Shown: positions 34,830 through 48,590, numbered from the stretch's first letter. The stretch is DNA of 64,000 nt from Octopus sinensis (GCF_006345805.1 NC_042999.1:12710001-12774000); one strand, 5' to 3'. Translations and numbers: made by a program. Notes: generated by a model not told the origin, from the letters alone.

Positions 34830-37800
34830 GTGACTCCTGGAAGAAAAAAAACTATGCAAGCTTAAAGACTCAGCAAACAGACAAGAATTTAGAGATTTAT
34901 TAATGGAAGCTTCTGACAAAAGAGAGGAAGAGTTGGGGACAAATAGCTTAGAGGACAATTGGAAGTTCTTATGGGACAATCTACTGAAGGCTAGAGATGA
35001 AATCTGTGGTTGGTGCAGAGTCCCAGCTAGACCAAGGATGATGCGGTGGTGGAGCAAGGAATTTGACAGTGCTATAAAAGCAAAAAGACGAGACTGGAAA
35101 AACGGTGGAAGCAGAGGATTATATCAATGTAGCCAAAAGGGCTGCTAGGCATCAGGTTTATATAGAAAAAGGAATAGTTGAAGGTAAGAGATTTGCAAAT
35201 GTTCTTCAGTGTGAGGATCAGAGGCATGAGGTGTTGAGAATTGCAAAGTAGTGTATCAAGAGAGAATAGAGATGTGGTGGGTGAGAAATGTGTGCAAATG
35301 GATAATGTATGCCTGCACTTAGTGACTCAGAAAAGAAATGTATGGAAGTGTCACTAAATGTGGAAAATGAATGGGAGAATGAGAGTCTACCAAATATTGA
35401 TAAGGCAATTAAGGACATGAAACAGGAAAAGCCCCTGGGCCATCAGGGATCACTGCCAAGATGATTAAAATTTCTGGTGGTGTTGAATACAGCTTAGCCA
35501 CCCATATATCTAATCAGGTTATTCAGGAAGCTGTTACAAGGAGAAAGGTGATGCCTTAGATAGAAACAACTACAGAGGCATTAAATTGCTAGACCAAGTC
35601 ATAAAAGTTACTGAGAGGGTTATAGCTCAATTGATTAGGAGTAGAATTAAACTAGATGAGATGCAGTTTGGTTCTGTACCTGGGAAGAGTACCACAAATG
35701 CCATCTTCCTAGTGAAACAGCTGCAGGAAAAGTTCTTGGCCAAAAGTAAGCCATTGTACTTAGCCTTCGTTGACCTGGAGAAAGCTTTTGACAAAGTCCC
35801 CCACTTTGTTATATGGTGGTCTCTAAGGAATTTAAGAGCAGAGGAGTGGCTTGTTAGAGCTGTACAAGCCATGTACAGTGGTGCTGTCAATAAGGTGAGA
35901 GTTGGCCACGAATACAGTGATGAATTTAGCATACAGGTGGGGTTCACCAGGGCTCAGTTCTCAGCCCACTCTTATTCACTATAGTCCTCCTGGTCATAAC
36001 AGACGAATTCAAAACTGGATGCCTGTGGGAACTGCTATATGCTGATGACCTTGCTCTTATTGCAGAATCTTAAGCAGAATTGGAGAAGAAATTCCAAGTC
36101 TGGAAACCAAGTTAACCTAGCAAAGACCACAGTCGTTGTTAGTAAGAAAGAAGATAAAACTCTCTTTCCATCAGGTAAATAGCCTTGCTCAATATATAGG
36201 AAAGGAGTTGGAAGAAATTCCATTCGCTGCACCCAGTGTAAGTTATGGACACAGAAGAGGTGCAATGGAATAACAGATAAAGTCGTCTTTGTACATGGCA
36301 GATATGCAGGAACAATAAGCACTAAGAGCAAATGGAACTTAGATTCTCTCGAATGCCCAGGAGGCTCTCTTGAGGTTGTAGATAGCTTCTGTTACCTAGG
36401 TGACCAAATTAGCAATGGTGGAGGATGCTCTAAAAGTATTGTTTCTAGAATAATAATTGGGTGGAGGAAGTTCAGAGAGCTATTAACCTCTGTTGGCAAC
36501 AAAAGGACTCTCTCACAGAGTGAAAGGTAGACTATATGATGCTTGTGTGCAAACAGCTTTATTCCATGGTAGTGAGGCATGGGCTCTGAATGCAGAAGAC
36601 ATGCATAGACTGGAAAGAAATGAAGGTAGTTTGCTCCGTTGGATGTGCAACATCAGTGTGCATGCACAACAAAGTGCAACTTTATTGAGAGAAAAGTTGG
36701 GCATAAGAAGAATCAAATGTAACATGCAAGAGAGAAGACTACACTGGTTTGGACATGTGATGCATATGAATGAGGACAACTGCATAAAGAAGTGCCAATC
36801 AGTGAAAGTGGATGGTACCTGTGGAAGAGGGAGACCCAGGAAGACATGGGACGAAGTGGTAAGGACTGGTCTCTGGATGTTGGGCCTCACAGAGGAAAAG
36901 ACAATGGACTGAGATGTCTGGCGATATGAAGTTCTTGAGAAGATCTGCCCACATCAGTGAAAGTGAGTTCTAGAAGCGGTGTGTGTCGCAGCCTCACTTG
37001 ACAAGAAAACTTCTCACACACCCCACCACAACAAACCAAACTACATCTCTATATCTCTTCTCTTCTTCACATTTCCGCATCATGCACTATGCTTACCTCC
37101 CACTCCCCAATCCTGTCCTCTTGGCCCTGTGCCACTGTATCATTGCTCTCCGCTAGCCCCAAACCTGCATGTTCCACCCACATGCCCTATCTCACTGTAT
37201 TATTGCTATCTGCTATCCCCCGACCTGAGTGTTCCACCCACATGTAACAAGAAAACTTTGCACTCACCCTACCCCAACGAACCAGTCTACATCTCCACCT
37301 CGTTTCTCTTCTTCACATTTCCTCCTTCATACACTATGTCAAGCTCTCACTCTCCAATCCTGTCCTCATGGCCCTGTTCCTTTGTATCATTGCTATCCGG
37401 TAGCCCCATCCCTGACTCTATATATACCAATGCTTTTGCCACTCACCCCCTCTGCACTCTTTAAACACACTTCCTTTGCAATATCCTGCCACTTAAATTA
37501 TGGCATTCAAACCTCAAGGTTATGCCCTGGAACTTTCCACCATCTATATCTCTCTCTTCCTTTACTCAACCATCCCATTTATCTTCTGATCCCCATTCCT
37601 TGTGAGCATGCCCAGCACTTTGCCACCATCTCTATCCTGCTATCTCCCATTCTCTCTCTCCTTCCCTCAGAGTGGGTAACCATGTATTTCCTTTGCGGCA
37701 GTGCACCTGTTTCTGTCTTCATTCTTGATCTCTCTCTCACTCTGGTCAAGTAACCTTGTACCTCCCTACAGCAAGACACTTGTTTCTGTCTCACTATAAC

Positions 37801-38140
37801 CTTTTACCATCCGACACAAGATCACTTCCTCCAGTGCCTCCCTCCCCACTCAAAAGATTTTTTTTGTCTTGCAGGTGCCACTTAAAAGCACCCAATCCAC
37901 ACTGTAAAGTGGTTGGCATTTGGAAGGGCATCCAGCTGTAAAAACCTTGTCAAAACTGACCTTGCCTGGGTGTGTGCCACGTAAAAAGCACTAAGTCTAT
38001 TGTGGTTGGTGTTAGGAAGGGCATCCAGTTGTAAAAATCCTGTCAAAACAGTCACAGAAGTCTGGTGCAGGCTTCTGCCTGGTTGGCTCTTGTCAAACCA
38101 TTCCACCCATGCCAGCATGGAAGGTGGACGATGATGATGA
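34830..38140 (+). mobile_element. Older RTE-A-related copy, long RT fragment with C/T-rich 3' region and terminal motifs
   Basis: MQFGSVPGKSTTNAIF, LAFVDLEKAFD, YADD, HGSEAW, GRPRKTWDEVV; duplicated terminus at 37870-38140. Confidence 0.85.
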
Positions 38141-38914
38141 TCTTAGGCTTTAAACAAAACCCATCAATTAGTTTAAATGAGAAAATGAGTCCAACTAACA
38201 GAGATGTGGGTACTCTACAAGGCGTTCAAAATGATGTCTTTCGTGAACTTCTCTGGTAGTCAGCAACTGCTTTTAGTAAAAACAACTGAGACACTGAACA
38301 GTTTTGTGTTTATTTTTTAAAAAATACAAACAAAATCTTACGAAACTAGTGCTGTTCCACATCAGCAAAAATAGTTAATAAAAATTGTGCAGTATAAAAT
38401 AGACATAGAAATTTCTATATTTACATGCAAAATACACACACACACACACACACACCTTTTAAGTCACAGTAATTTTCATATAACACTCACCAATCAATTG
38501 ATATTTCTTTCTTCCTTGCACAAGTAGTTTCATTAAGATCTATGAAGGTTGTAAAAATGCTTGTATTTCATAAGATTGTTGATATAGCCTTCTGTCTGGT
38601 ATAGCCTTCACGAGCACTTTGTTATTATATAAAATCTACTTTATCTTCACACTTTCTGCATGTTATCACCACTCACTCAATACAGTATGCATGTTATATG
38701 CAGAAATCACTTGATATGTATCACCCATTTTCTTCTTTAAGATATTCAAGAAATTCCAAATATTTCATATTTCCAAATTTTTCTACCTTGGAATTGATGA
38801 ATAGCTACAAGTAAATAACCTCTTATCCCAAACACTTGGCACCAGACATGTTTCAGTATTCTGACTTTACCAGATTTTGGAGATAGCATTGCAGTATATT
38901 CATAAGGTATATCC

Positions 38915-39095
38915 CAGGGCAGCCTTAGCAGCCTTGCAGGCCCCTTGGCAGCCTTAGCAGCCCCCTTGGCAAATCAATGCACTGCTCTCGATAGTATTTA
39001 TTTATTGACAGCAAACCATAACATACACAGGTCAGAATTGGGCCCATAGACCTGTCGAGCCCTTGGGCAATTGCCCATCCCTTAAGATGACCCTA
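38915..39095. mobile_element. hAT-type MITE, 181 bp
   Basis: Perfect 8-bp TSD GTATATCC (38907-38914 and 39096-39103); degenerate TIR CAGGGCAGCCTTAG / TTAAGATGACCCTA. Confidence 0.8.
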
Positions 39096-40947
39096 GTATA
39101 TCCTTGATTATTAGTCATGGTTCCCAGGAAATAGCCTAGGTCAACATTCTAACTTTTAAAACAAAACTCTGATTTGTATGTGTCTTGATCGTAGGTTGAA
39201 CTTTAAGTTTTGTGCCCATAAGAATACCATTGATAGGCAGAGCCTAGTAGGGCAATTAAATGGTTTTTACCAACTTACTGTAATTATGAGGAAAATATCA
39301 CTGGTTTGTTTAGGATAATGTAAAACTGCACAAAAGACTAAGGACATGTACATATGGCCTGCCTAGCAAAGGTACATAAACAAAGCTCAGTGAAAGTATC
39401 ACGTGATATTGTTTATTTGCATTATGAATATTCACACTGAGTGAGAATAAATAAAGACTTTAAATGATACATCATTGTTTATTTGTATTGAAATAACCTG
39501 GTAAATGATGTGGGATAAAAACTGACCATAAAATTATTAGTGTACTTTTATTTCTCAGAAAAACATTCAGTAAAGTTGGTGCCAAACGTGAGCTTTGGTG
39601 TGCAGATGACCACTGTGAAAAAAATTCAGAATTTTGGATAAGAAATGGTGTATTTGGATTGATAATTTTATTAATCATTATTAGCAGTGTAACTTTTAAT
39701 TGATTGATTTCAATTCTATTTACATTTAGACCCAATGCTGCTGTTTGGGTTATGGGTTTATTTAAACATGTTCAATTTATGGGTTTATTTAAATATGTCA
39801 GCCATTCAAAACCACACAAAAACTGTTAACTTCACTTCATCATTTATTATTTAGTGTCACATCTTTTTGTCATACAATCTGCAACCTAATCACTGAATGA
39901 TTAAATGAAGTCAACAGGTTTTTATATATTTATGAATAACTAATTTGTGTGTTTCATGATGTAATTGGTTTAGTTTCAACATATGGTCTCAGCTCAAATC
40001 ACTGCTGTAGAAGTACAATTCCTAAATATTTTAGAGTTTCCTTTAAATGCTTGCATTGAAAATTGTTTATATTGCTATTTCTCCTTACACTTGAAGCTCA
40101 AACATTATCTTCGAAATGCTAAAGAGTTTTGTCAGTGAACCAATGCTTGGGGTTTCAGTTTTGTTACTGTCGTACACAGATCTTTGCTGTAGATCTCAAT
40201 ATGAATCTGGTGCTGGGTGCCTGCACAAATGAGTTTTAATGTAAAATAAATTTTTGCTGGCCACCTATCAGATTCAAGTGACAATCAGAATAAGAACCAA
40301 AACCCAGATTTAATATACAAAAAATCTAGACTTGAGTCTAAGGCTGATCACTGGTGCAGTTCCTTGATGGTATCTTCAGGTCTCATAATAGGACCTGAAC
40401 TCATCATTGTGAGCTAACAAAAGCATTTTGCTCCTGGCAGTGGTGAACCCTACCTACTGTGCCAGATGAACTAAACCTATGTCCTGACCATGTACAAAGG
40501 TGGAAAATGAACTTTTTCTTTGTATTTTACTACCTTATCAACACGGCCAGCTGTGATAGTTTTGTTTTTTTAATTAATGTTTGTTACCTGACAGTGTACA
40601 TCTATATGGAATTGAACCAGAATGGTTGACTTGGAAGAATTACTTTCTGCTACCAAAAAATCTAAAACCAAAACTTTAACCCATATAATATGCTTTACAC
40701 ATATTTATGATAGAGAAATAAAGAATTAGGAAAAGTTACTTGGGTGATATTTATCATTTTAAATTTATATAAAAACAATTTTTAGTTTGAACTGTGCTTC
40801 TGTCAAAATTTGTCACCATACATCCATAACATAAATATGTTGCTCATCTTCTTCCTTTCTTCCCTCTCTTCTGCTTTGTCCTTTTGCTGCACATATGTCT
40901 CCACACACTCACACCACTCCTCATTATGCTATTACAAATACTTCACT

Positions 40948-40981
<34 letters not shown>

Positions 40982-41374
40982 TACAACACATGTCACTACC
41001 ATTCACCACATGACACATGTTACAGCACACATCATGTCATTACACACTTCACTCAACAAATGTTGCTGCACATACATTCCTGATCCATTTAAAACATAGG
41101 CATGAATTGCACACAAAGGGTTTTGTGTCTCTGCAAAAACTAATTAATGTTGTTCATTTTGTCATGCACATTTCCGTATGCAGTTATCACAATGACATTT
41201 GCAGCAATACATATTTCTTCTTCTTCTTCTCTCTGAGTTTCTATGTTTTTATGCCACAACAATTGTCTTTGTTTTTTTCCCCTTTTCTCTATTCCAAGAT
41301 GTCTGTTGCCATGTTTTGTGTTTTTTTCTCTCAATCTTTTGCACTGCACTATGCCAACATGTGTTTCTAAACAG

Positions 41375-41548
41375 AATGGTTCTTTTGAATGCCACTCAAA
41401 ATCCTGCCCTCAACTGAGCACTTGCACCAATCCTGTGATCCGTGACTGTTGTCCGGAGTGCTTTAACTGCATGTATGGAGGTCAGGAATGGCTGAATCTT
41501 AGTAATTTTACTGATCCTCAAGATATGTGTGGAGAGTGTTTATGTGAG
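41375..41548 (+). CDS. KCP: KCP-like exon 12
   Basis: aaacag|AATGGT...TGTGAG|gttggt; NGSFECHSKSC...DCCPECFNCMYGG...DMCGECLCE; 174 nt, phase 0 to 0. Confidence 0.92.
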
Positions 41549-42903
41549 GTTGGTACATTTTAACCTTTCAATATTGTTTTGTTTTATTTTTTCTTATTTA
41601 ACCAATTTGTTACTATATTTCTTTTGAAATAAATTACTTTCATTTCAAACATTTATGAATCCTGAAAAAAAGAATATACAAATCATGTTTTTCATTTATT
41701 TTAAATATAATTAATATCCTTTATTCCACTGGAATTCCAATAATAAATTATAGTGATTTAAAAAGGGTTACACTGGAGTGCTTACCTGTTCCCTTCTCCA
41801 AAATCTTTCTTGTTGATTATAACAGCAAACAATTATTATCTGTAACGAAGGTCATTAGGAGCTGTCTGGATGTGAACTCTCATTCATTGACTTATAGTCC
41901 TGCATCTCATTGACTTGTTGCAGAGTTACACACATGAAAAAACAAAGAATCTATTATTCTTTTCGTTTCTCATATATTCACTCAGAATGACCTGCCATTA
42001 ACAACACTTTTCTCCAAACTCTTGGATTATCTTTTTCTTATATTTGATAAGGGTAATGCTTCCCAAAATATTATAGAAGCATTAAACAATCTATGTATGT
42101 TAATACAATATCATCTCTTTGTTTTTATTTATTGACATATTTTGCCTAACTTCTAAATCTGCATTACTTAAAGGTCTTCTTTAAAATATACTACTTACAC
42201 ATTGCAATGCTTCAAGCAAATTACAATACTCTTTTTATATAAGAGAAATGTTTCTTCTCTATTGATGGGGATCATAAGCTAACCTCCAACTGTTCTAAAT
42301 TGGAATCATCAGAGTTAATTGCATTTCTGTATTCTCTCCAGAACTTCATTTCAAACGTTAAGCCTTGCGTAAAGTTTTGCAATTAAGTTAGCTTCAACGA
42401 ACTTTCTGTTCCTTATGTTTCTGCACTTATCTTCCTTTTGTACACATTTTACTTTAGTTTTAGAAATTCCGATGTTCTTTTCTTTTTTTCATTGGTCTCA
42501 GACATTGGACTGTGTCAATGCTAAGGCACCACCTTTAAAGGTTTTAGTTGATCACCCAACCCCTTAATACTTATTTCACTCTGATACTTATTATTCTATT
42601 GATCCTTCCTAAATAAGTTTTACCCCTTAAGCATAAAGTGGGGAAGGTACTTAATCTGTTGGTGTACATCAGTATACACACCAACAAAAATATATTCAAT
42701 ATAGAAGGAAACGATAGCAGAAGGTTGTAATATCCCCTGCAGGATTCAAACACCATGTCTACAATTGGGAATATAAATTTGGGCCATGTTTCTGGCAAGT
42801 TAAATTACTAGATGGATTTATGTACGATCTGACTTGTGCAAGTGGAAAGCCTGATCTAATAATCATCAGACATGATTGATCAGAATAGTATAATTATATC
42901 CAC

Positions 42904-42943
<40 letters not shown>

Positions 42944-42944
42944 A

Positions 42945-43235
42945 TCATCATCATCATCATTTAACGTCCGTTGTCCATGCTGGCATGGGTTGGCTGGTGT
43001 AACCAGAGCTGGCAAGCCAAGGGGCTGCACCAGATTCCAGTCTGATTTGGCATGGTTTCTATGGCTGGATGCCCTTCCTAATGCCAACCACTTTACAAAG
43101 TGTGCTGGATGCTTTTACATGGTGCCGCATGGACACTTTTACATGGCACCACATGGATGCTTTTGTCTGTTACTACATGGGTGTTTTTACGTGTCACCAC
43201 ATGGGTGTTTTTACATGGCATCCACCTACATCATG
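42945..43235 (-). mobile_element. RTE-A-related 3' end with five about 24-bp modules
   Basis: (CAT)n tail, conserved terminus, repeated TTTTACATGG units. Confidence 0.8.
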
Positions 43236-43269
43236 TGACATAACCAGTGCAGTTGTTGTATAGAGCAAC

Positions 43270-43925
43270 AAATTTATATAAATATATCCAGGTGTGGGTA
43301 GTTTGTCTGGTATTTATTGGAGGGACTGTTTGAATGCTTCTTTATGTAGGCTGGCACGATGTTGAAGAGAGCCGGGCCAGTTGAGGTGAACTAGTTCTGT
43401 TGTAGTGTTGTGATACAACACAAACCTGATTTCTGTGGAGGATGGATGGCATGGGGGCCAAGCCTCGGATGAATTTTAAAGATGATACCTATATCATTTG
43501 GGCAATGTTGATGGAATATTTTCCACATCACACTGATGATATAACACAAGTAGCAGCACTGGATAGAGTAAAGCCTGAGCTTTTTGAGTTGATCCCAATA
43601 ATCAAGGCTTGTCATGTCATCTATGTTTTTTGTGATTGATCTATGGGGAGCTTCAATTCTCATAATATTTTGTACCTTGTGAGAGGACCACAGCGGACAA
43701 CAGTATTCACGGTGAGGGTGAGCAAAAGTAGAGAAAAGTAGAATAATGATAAGGGCGTCTCTAGACCAGAAAGTCCTGAGGATCCAGGAGCACGCCCTGC
43801 GAGCTATGTCACCTTTGCTGTTTATGTGAGCACTGCAGCTTATTTTGTTGTCAGCAGTAACACCCAGGTCTCTAGCAGTGTTGGATACCACAAGGGTTTT
43901 GCCTGAGGGAAGAGTGTATGGTTGT
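43270..43925 (-). mobile_element. CR1/L2-type LINE remnant
   Basis: RDLGV...HIN...ILRTF.SRD...EYCCPLWS...Y.DQLKKL.LYS. Confidence 0.85.
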
Positions 43926-44997
43926 TGAAATGCAGTCTCTTTAACAAAGTGGATGAGGTTGAATTTAGTTTGAATTAATTTTGAAAATAATAAAGAATTT
44001 AGTAAAATAGTTTTGTCCTTATGAAGCTGATATTTGGAACAAAAGAATTAACTCTTTGATATCTTTGTTATTTATGAAACTAGTGTTTGGAAAATAAACT
44101 AACATGACATTTTGATGGCTGGTTTAAATTTAAATTTAAGTCACTTTAAAAGCAAGAAGTTTGTCTCATAAAACCATGGGCAGTCTCAGGTGGTTTGGCA
44201 TCAAAATGGCTCAGAGGTGTATTGATATAAGCTCTGTATCTGCGCAGTAAATTTTTGATTTGATAAAAAAGTATTCTTGTCATAATGGTAACAATCCTCT
44301 CCCCCCACACATTTGTCTACGATGAAGGAGTATTCTCATTTTAATGGCTCAAAGTTAGAATTCTCAGACATGATTACCACTTTTCCTTCACAATCTGCAA
44401 CCTAATTTACTGTTGGTGTTGACTCTTTTATCCTTTGCTTCTTTACAGCCACTGACAGGCAGTGAGGGTTTATGCTCTGAGTTCTCCTACTCCCATTATC
44501 TTCAAATATGCCAAGCCCAAACTGCCCACCCAGTCTAACTGTGGATACATTAGTGCTTTTTCCTGGAGACATACAAAAGCCAAACTATGCTTTCCCCCCC
44601 CCCACTAGCCGTACAACATGCTGGACACTAACCTGGAATTTCTAAATCCAAATCGTACAGCTAGCTATTTCCCTCTGTAGGGTTCATCCAACTTTTGACA
44701 AATCCTGTTTTTGTCTTGTTTGGTTTCTAACAACCCTTCCCCCCCCACCAGACAAACCATGTTTGTCTGATGGGGGGGAGGGTCGTTGATGACCGGATTG
44801 GGCAACAAATTGTACCAAGCTATGTTATCAGTTCTATTTATGAATGATCTGACATCATTTCTTGATGCAATTCTTTTTATCTCTTCTCATATTTTACTTC
44901 ACTTTGAGCCTGTCTCTCACACACACACACTCACATATATATATATATATATATATATATGTGAGTGTGTGTGTGTGTGTATGTATGTGTGTGTGTA

Positions 44998-45218
44998 TAT
45001 GTATGTATTTGCATGTCTGTTTGTCCCCCACCATCATTTCACAACCGATGTTGGTGTGTTTATGTCCCCATAACTTAGTGGTTTAGTAAAAGAGACTAAT
45101 AGAATACATACTAGGCTTACAAAGAATAAGTCCTGGGGTTGATTTGTTCGACTAAAGGCGATGCTCCAGCATGGCTGCAGTCAAATGATTGAAACAAGTA
45201 AAAGGAATAAAAAAAAAG
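44998..45218 (+). mobile_element. SINE 3' half (tail ...GTCAAATGATTGAAACAAGTAAAAG)
   Basis: Inverted copy at about 62090-62290. Confidence 0.65.
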
Positions 45219-45804
45219 AATCGTACCTGTCCCCACTCCCCCTTATGACTGTTTCTATCTGTTGAGATTATGTTAAATGTCTTTTGTCATTTGATCCTTT
45301 TCGTTCACAAGTAGAGAGAATTATGTCCAATCCTCTTCTTGGCTTGTCTTAATTTGGATACATATCCATCCATTTTCTCCACCCACTGTCCATGGGAAGA
45401 TTGTCTTGGCCCCTCCTCCATACGGTCCTATTAGAAGCAACCATTTTGTGGCTGGATTACTAGGCATGACCAATGGATGCTATGGATATCACCCAATCCA
45501 ATCATCTCATTCTTAGTCTAACCCTACATCTCCTGCCAGTTGGGTCAGCTTGAAGAATCCATCTCATGACTTTTTCCCTTCAACATTCTGTCCATGGTAC
45601 CAAAGCTGTGACCTCTCAATGTTATTACATAACATTATTTATTTTGGCAGCTAGAAGCCTGGTTTGTGTGTGTGTGAGAGAGAGAGAGAGGGTGTGTGTA
45701 CGAGCGAAATGATCTGCTACACAAGCTAACTCAATTAGTTAGAAGCAAATGTGTAGACAACTATTCTAAACATTTTACTAACAAACTTATTAGTTGCATT
45801 GCAG

Positions 45805-45898
45805 GATGGCAATGTTAGTTGCCACAGGATGTCATGTGCCCAGCCGGACTGTGATAACCCAATAAGAGTGGCTGGACAGTGTTGCCCTGCTTGCCCAG
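45805..45898 (+). CDS. KCP: KCP-like exon 13
   Basis: ttgcag|GATGGC...CCAG|gtaaga; DGNVSCHRMSCAQPDCDNPIRVAGQCCPACP; phase 0 to 1. Confidence 0.92.
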
Positions 45899-45974
45899 GT
45901 AAGAAGTAGTTTTAATAGATATGACACAAACTGATTTAAAGGTTTCCATTTCTTTAAAATAAGGTTATCATTTA

Positions 45975-46420
45975 TTATATTGTTGTATGGTTAAGAAGTT
46001 TGCTTCCCAACCACATTGTTTCAGATTTAGCCCCACTGTGTGATACCTGGAGACAGTATCTTCTAGAGCTACTATAGACCAAAGCCTTGTGAATGGATTT
46101 GCTACACAGAAGCTGAAAAAAAAGCCCATTGTGTATGTATATGTGTGTGTGTATGTATGTGTGTGTTTATAAATGTGTGCGTGTGTGTGTGCCACCTCGT
46201 CTTGACATTACTTATTAGTTGTAAACGAGTGTCATTGTCATAAAAGCAGTGTCAATAATTTCCAGTTTTCTGTGAAAACATCTCTGGCAATGGAGAAATA
46301 TGACCTTGCTTGAAAGCAGGTGAGAGTTGGTGACAGGAAGGACATCCAGCCATTTGCCTCAATAAATTCCATCTTACGCATGCAAGCGTGGGGAAATGGG
46401 TGTTGGAATCATGATGATAA
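45975..46420 (+). mobile_element. tRNA/CORE-like SINE with RTE-like tail
   Basis: Head TGTATGGTTAAGAAGTTTGCTTCCC, (TG)n, tail AGGAAGGACATCCAGCC...(GAT); further copies at 47965-48378 and heads at 46898, 55466, 59558, 63509(-). Confidence 0.72.
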
Positions 46421-47664
46421 TGATTTCTTAGAAATTAAGATAAATAATAAGGTGAAGAATAACTGGTTGGAACTTTTTTTTGTAGGTAAGCTAAATCACA
46501 ATCTATAAATATATAAAGTAATGAGAAGTAATCATTTCAACAACAAAGCTGAATCTCCAATGCCTCACCGTTTGCTGAACACGAATGTCGAATGTGCCAT
46601 TTTACAGCCATGTTACGTGTCTATGTTCTCCATGCTATCATTTATGTAATTCAGTTGTGCAAGCATGGAAAATAGATGTTAACTGATGATGGTAAATCTG
46701 CAAACTTAGATGTGTATATTTAGTGTTGGAGTAGTTTTACATGTAAGTGAAATGAGATATTTTTCTGTAACTGGGTAAATCATAAGAGAAAACAAAAACA
46801 AGTGGTATAAAGGAAGATGTTGTGTAACTAGAAGGATCTGAATTTGAGATTTTTTGGAGTTCCTCATTATCTACTTAGATTTCTAGGATGATACAACATG
46901 GCTGTGTGGTTAAGGGGCTTGATTTGCAACCATATTGTTTTGGGTTCAGTTCTATTGTGTGACACTTTGGGCAAGTGTCTTCTATAGTCCTAGACCATCC
47001 AATGTCTTGTGAGTGGATTCAGTACTTAACCTTTTGCACATAAAGGATAAATATAATTAAGACCTAGTGTTGAGGGATGATAAGTGGGGAAGAGTAGGTG
47101 ACAGCTGTAAAAATTTGGTAGGATCAAGGGTGTAGTGGGTGTAGTGAAGGTTATCAATGATACTTATAAGTTGATGGGGAGTTTGGGGAGAGTAGGAAAT
47201 GACTGACAGTGCAGAAAAGGAACGGGTGAAGAACAGCAAAATAGTAAAGGTATGATTATAAATAAATGTAAATTGATTAGTGATTAAACAACTGTGGGTG
47301 TTTTCCTGTCAAATGGGAATGAAAGTTCTCTCTTGGCAATATACTTTAGAATGGCAACTGCTTCAAAGTTCACTTATTTTGTGTAACTTACATCGTTAAT
47401 AATTTTGAGAAAGGCTTCATGTCACACATTTCACCTTTTCCATAAATCTGGAAGTTAGGTTTTATGTTTACATCAATGAAAAATCGCATAATGCCTTTTG
47501 TATATATTACACTAACATATTTTCCAGTCATGGCTGTTCGTATGCCTTCACAGACTTGATTTTTCTATTCTAATGAAAAGACATACATGTAAAAATAGTA
47601 TTGACTAATAATATAAATGCTTGCGTCTTTGCTCATTACATATTTTTAAAATGTTATCTTCTAG

Positions 47665-47750
47665 ATGCTTGTGAATATAATGGACAAGTTTATGAAAATG
47701 GTGAAAACTTTGCTGATGCTTCAGACCAGTGTAGAGAATGTGCCTGTCTT
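47665..47750 (+). CDS. KCP: KCP-like exon 14
   Basis: ttctag|ATGCT...TGTCTT|gttagt; DACEYNGQVYENGENFADASDQCRECACL; phase 1 to 0. Confidence 0.92.
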
Positions 47751-48590
47751 GTTAGTAACTTAAAACATATTTAATTTCTTTATTATGGTCCATAAATAGG
47801 ATGAGATGTTTTCTTAGTTTTTCTTAAATTATGAAAATAAAAAAACAAAAACTATTAAGTATAAAAGCTTTTCTTTAATATAATCCTTTTCTATTCAGTT
47901 GCAAAAGGATTCAAATCTATTTTACTGTTGTGTGAATTTTTTGTATCATGGATTCTAGACACAGACGTGGTTGTGTAGTAAAGAAGTTTGTTTCCCATCC
48001 GCATAGTTTTGGGTTTAATCCCACAGTGTGGGATCTTGGGCAAGTATCTTTTAGTAGATAAAGCCAACCAAAGCTTTGTAAGTGGATTTGGTAGACCGAA
48101 ACTGATTGAAGCCTGTTGTATATTTGTGTGTGAGTACATTAGTGTCTCCTTCTCTTGGCATTGTGTGACATTCATAAATGAGTATCACCATCATAGACTG
48201 ATGTCCTTCATTTCTAATGTTCCATGAAAACATGTCCAGCCATGGGCAAATATTACCTTACTTGGAAACAGGCGAAGGTTGGGGACAGTAAGTGCATTTG
48301 GCCAAAAACCAACCTGTTTCAATGAATTCTGTCTTATCCATACAGGCATAGAAAAGTAAACATTAAAATGATGATGAGATTTGTTGTAAGTAGTTTTCAC
48401 CTGTAGCTGCTGTTTCTTTTTTCACCTGTAGCTGCTGTTTCTTTTTTCACCTGTAGTTGCTGTTCCTTTTTTTACATTACAAATTAACTTTAATAAATTA
48501 CTTTTAACTTTTCACAACATTGTTTTTCTAATATAAAAGGCAACGTAACTTTCTCTTGGCTTCATTATAATTCTATGTCTTGTCTTTTAG

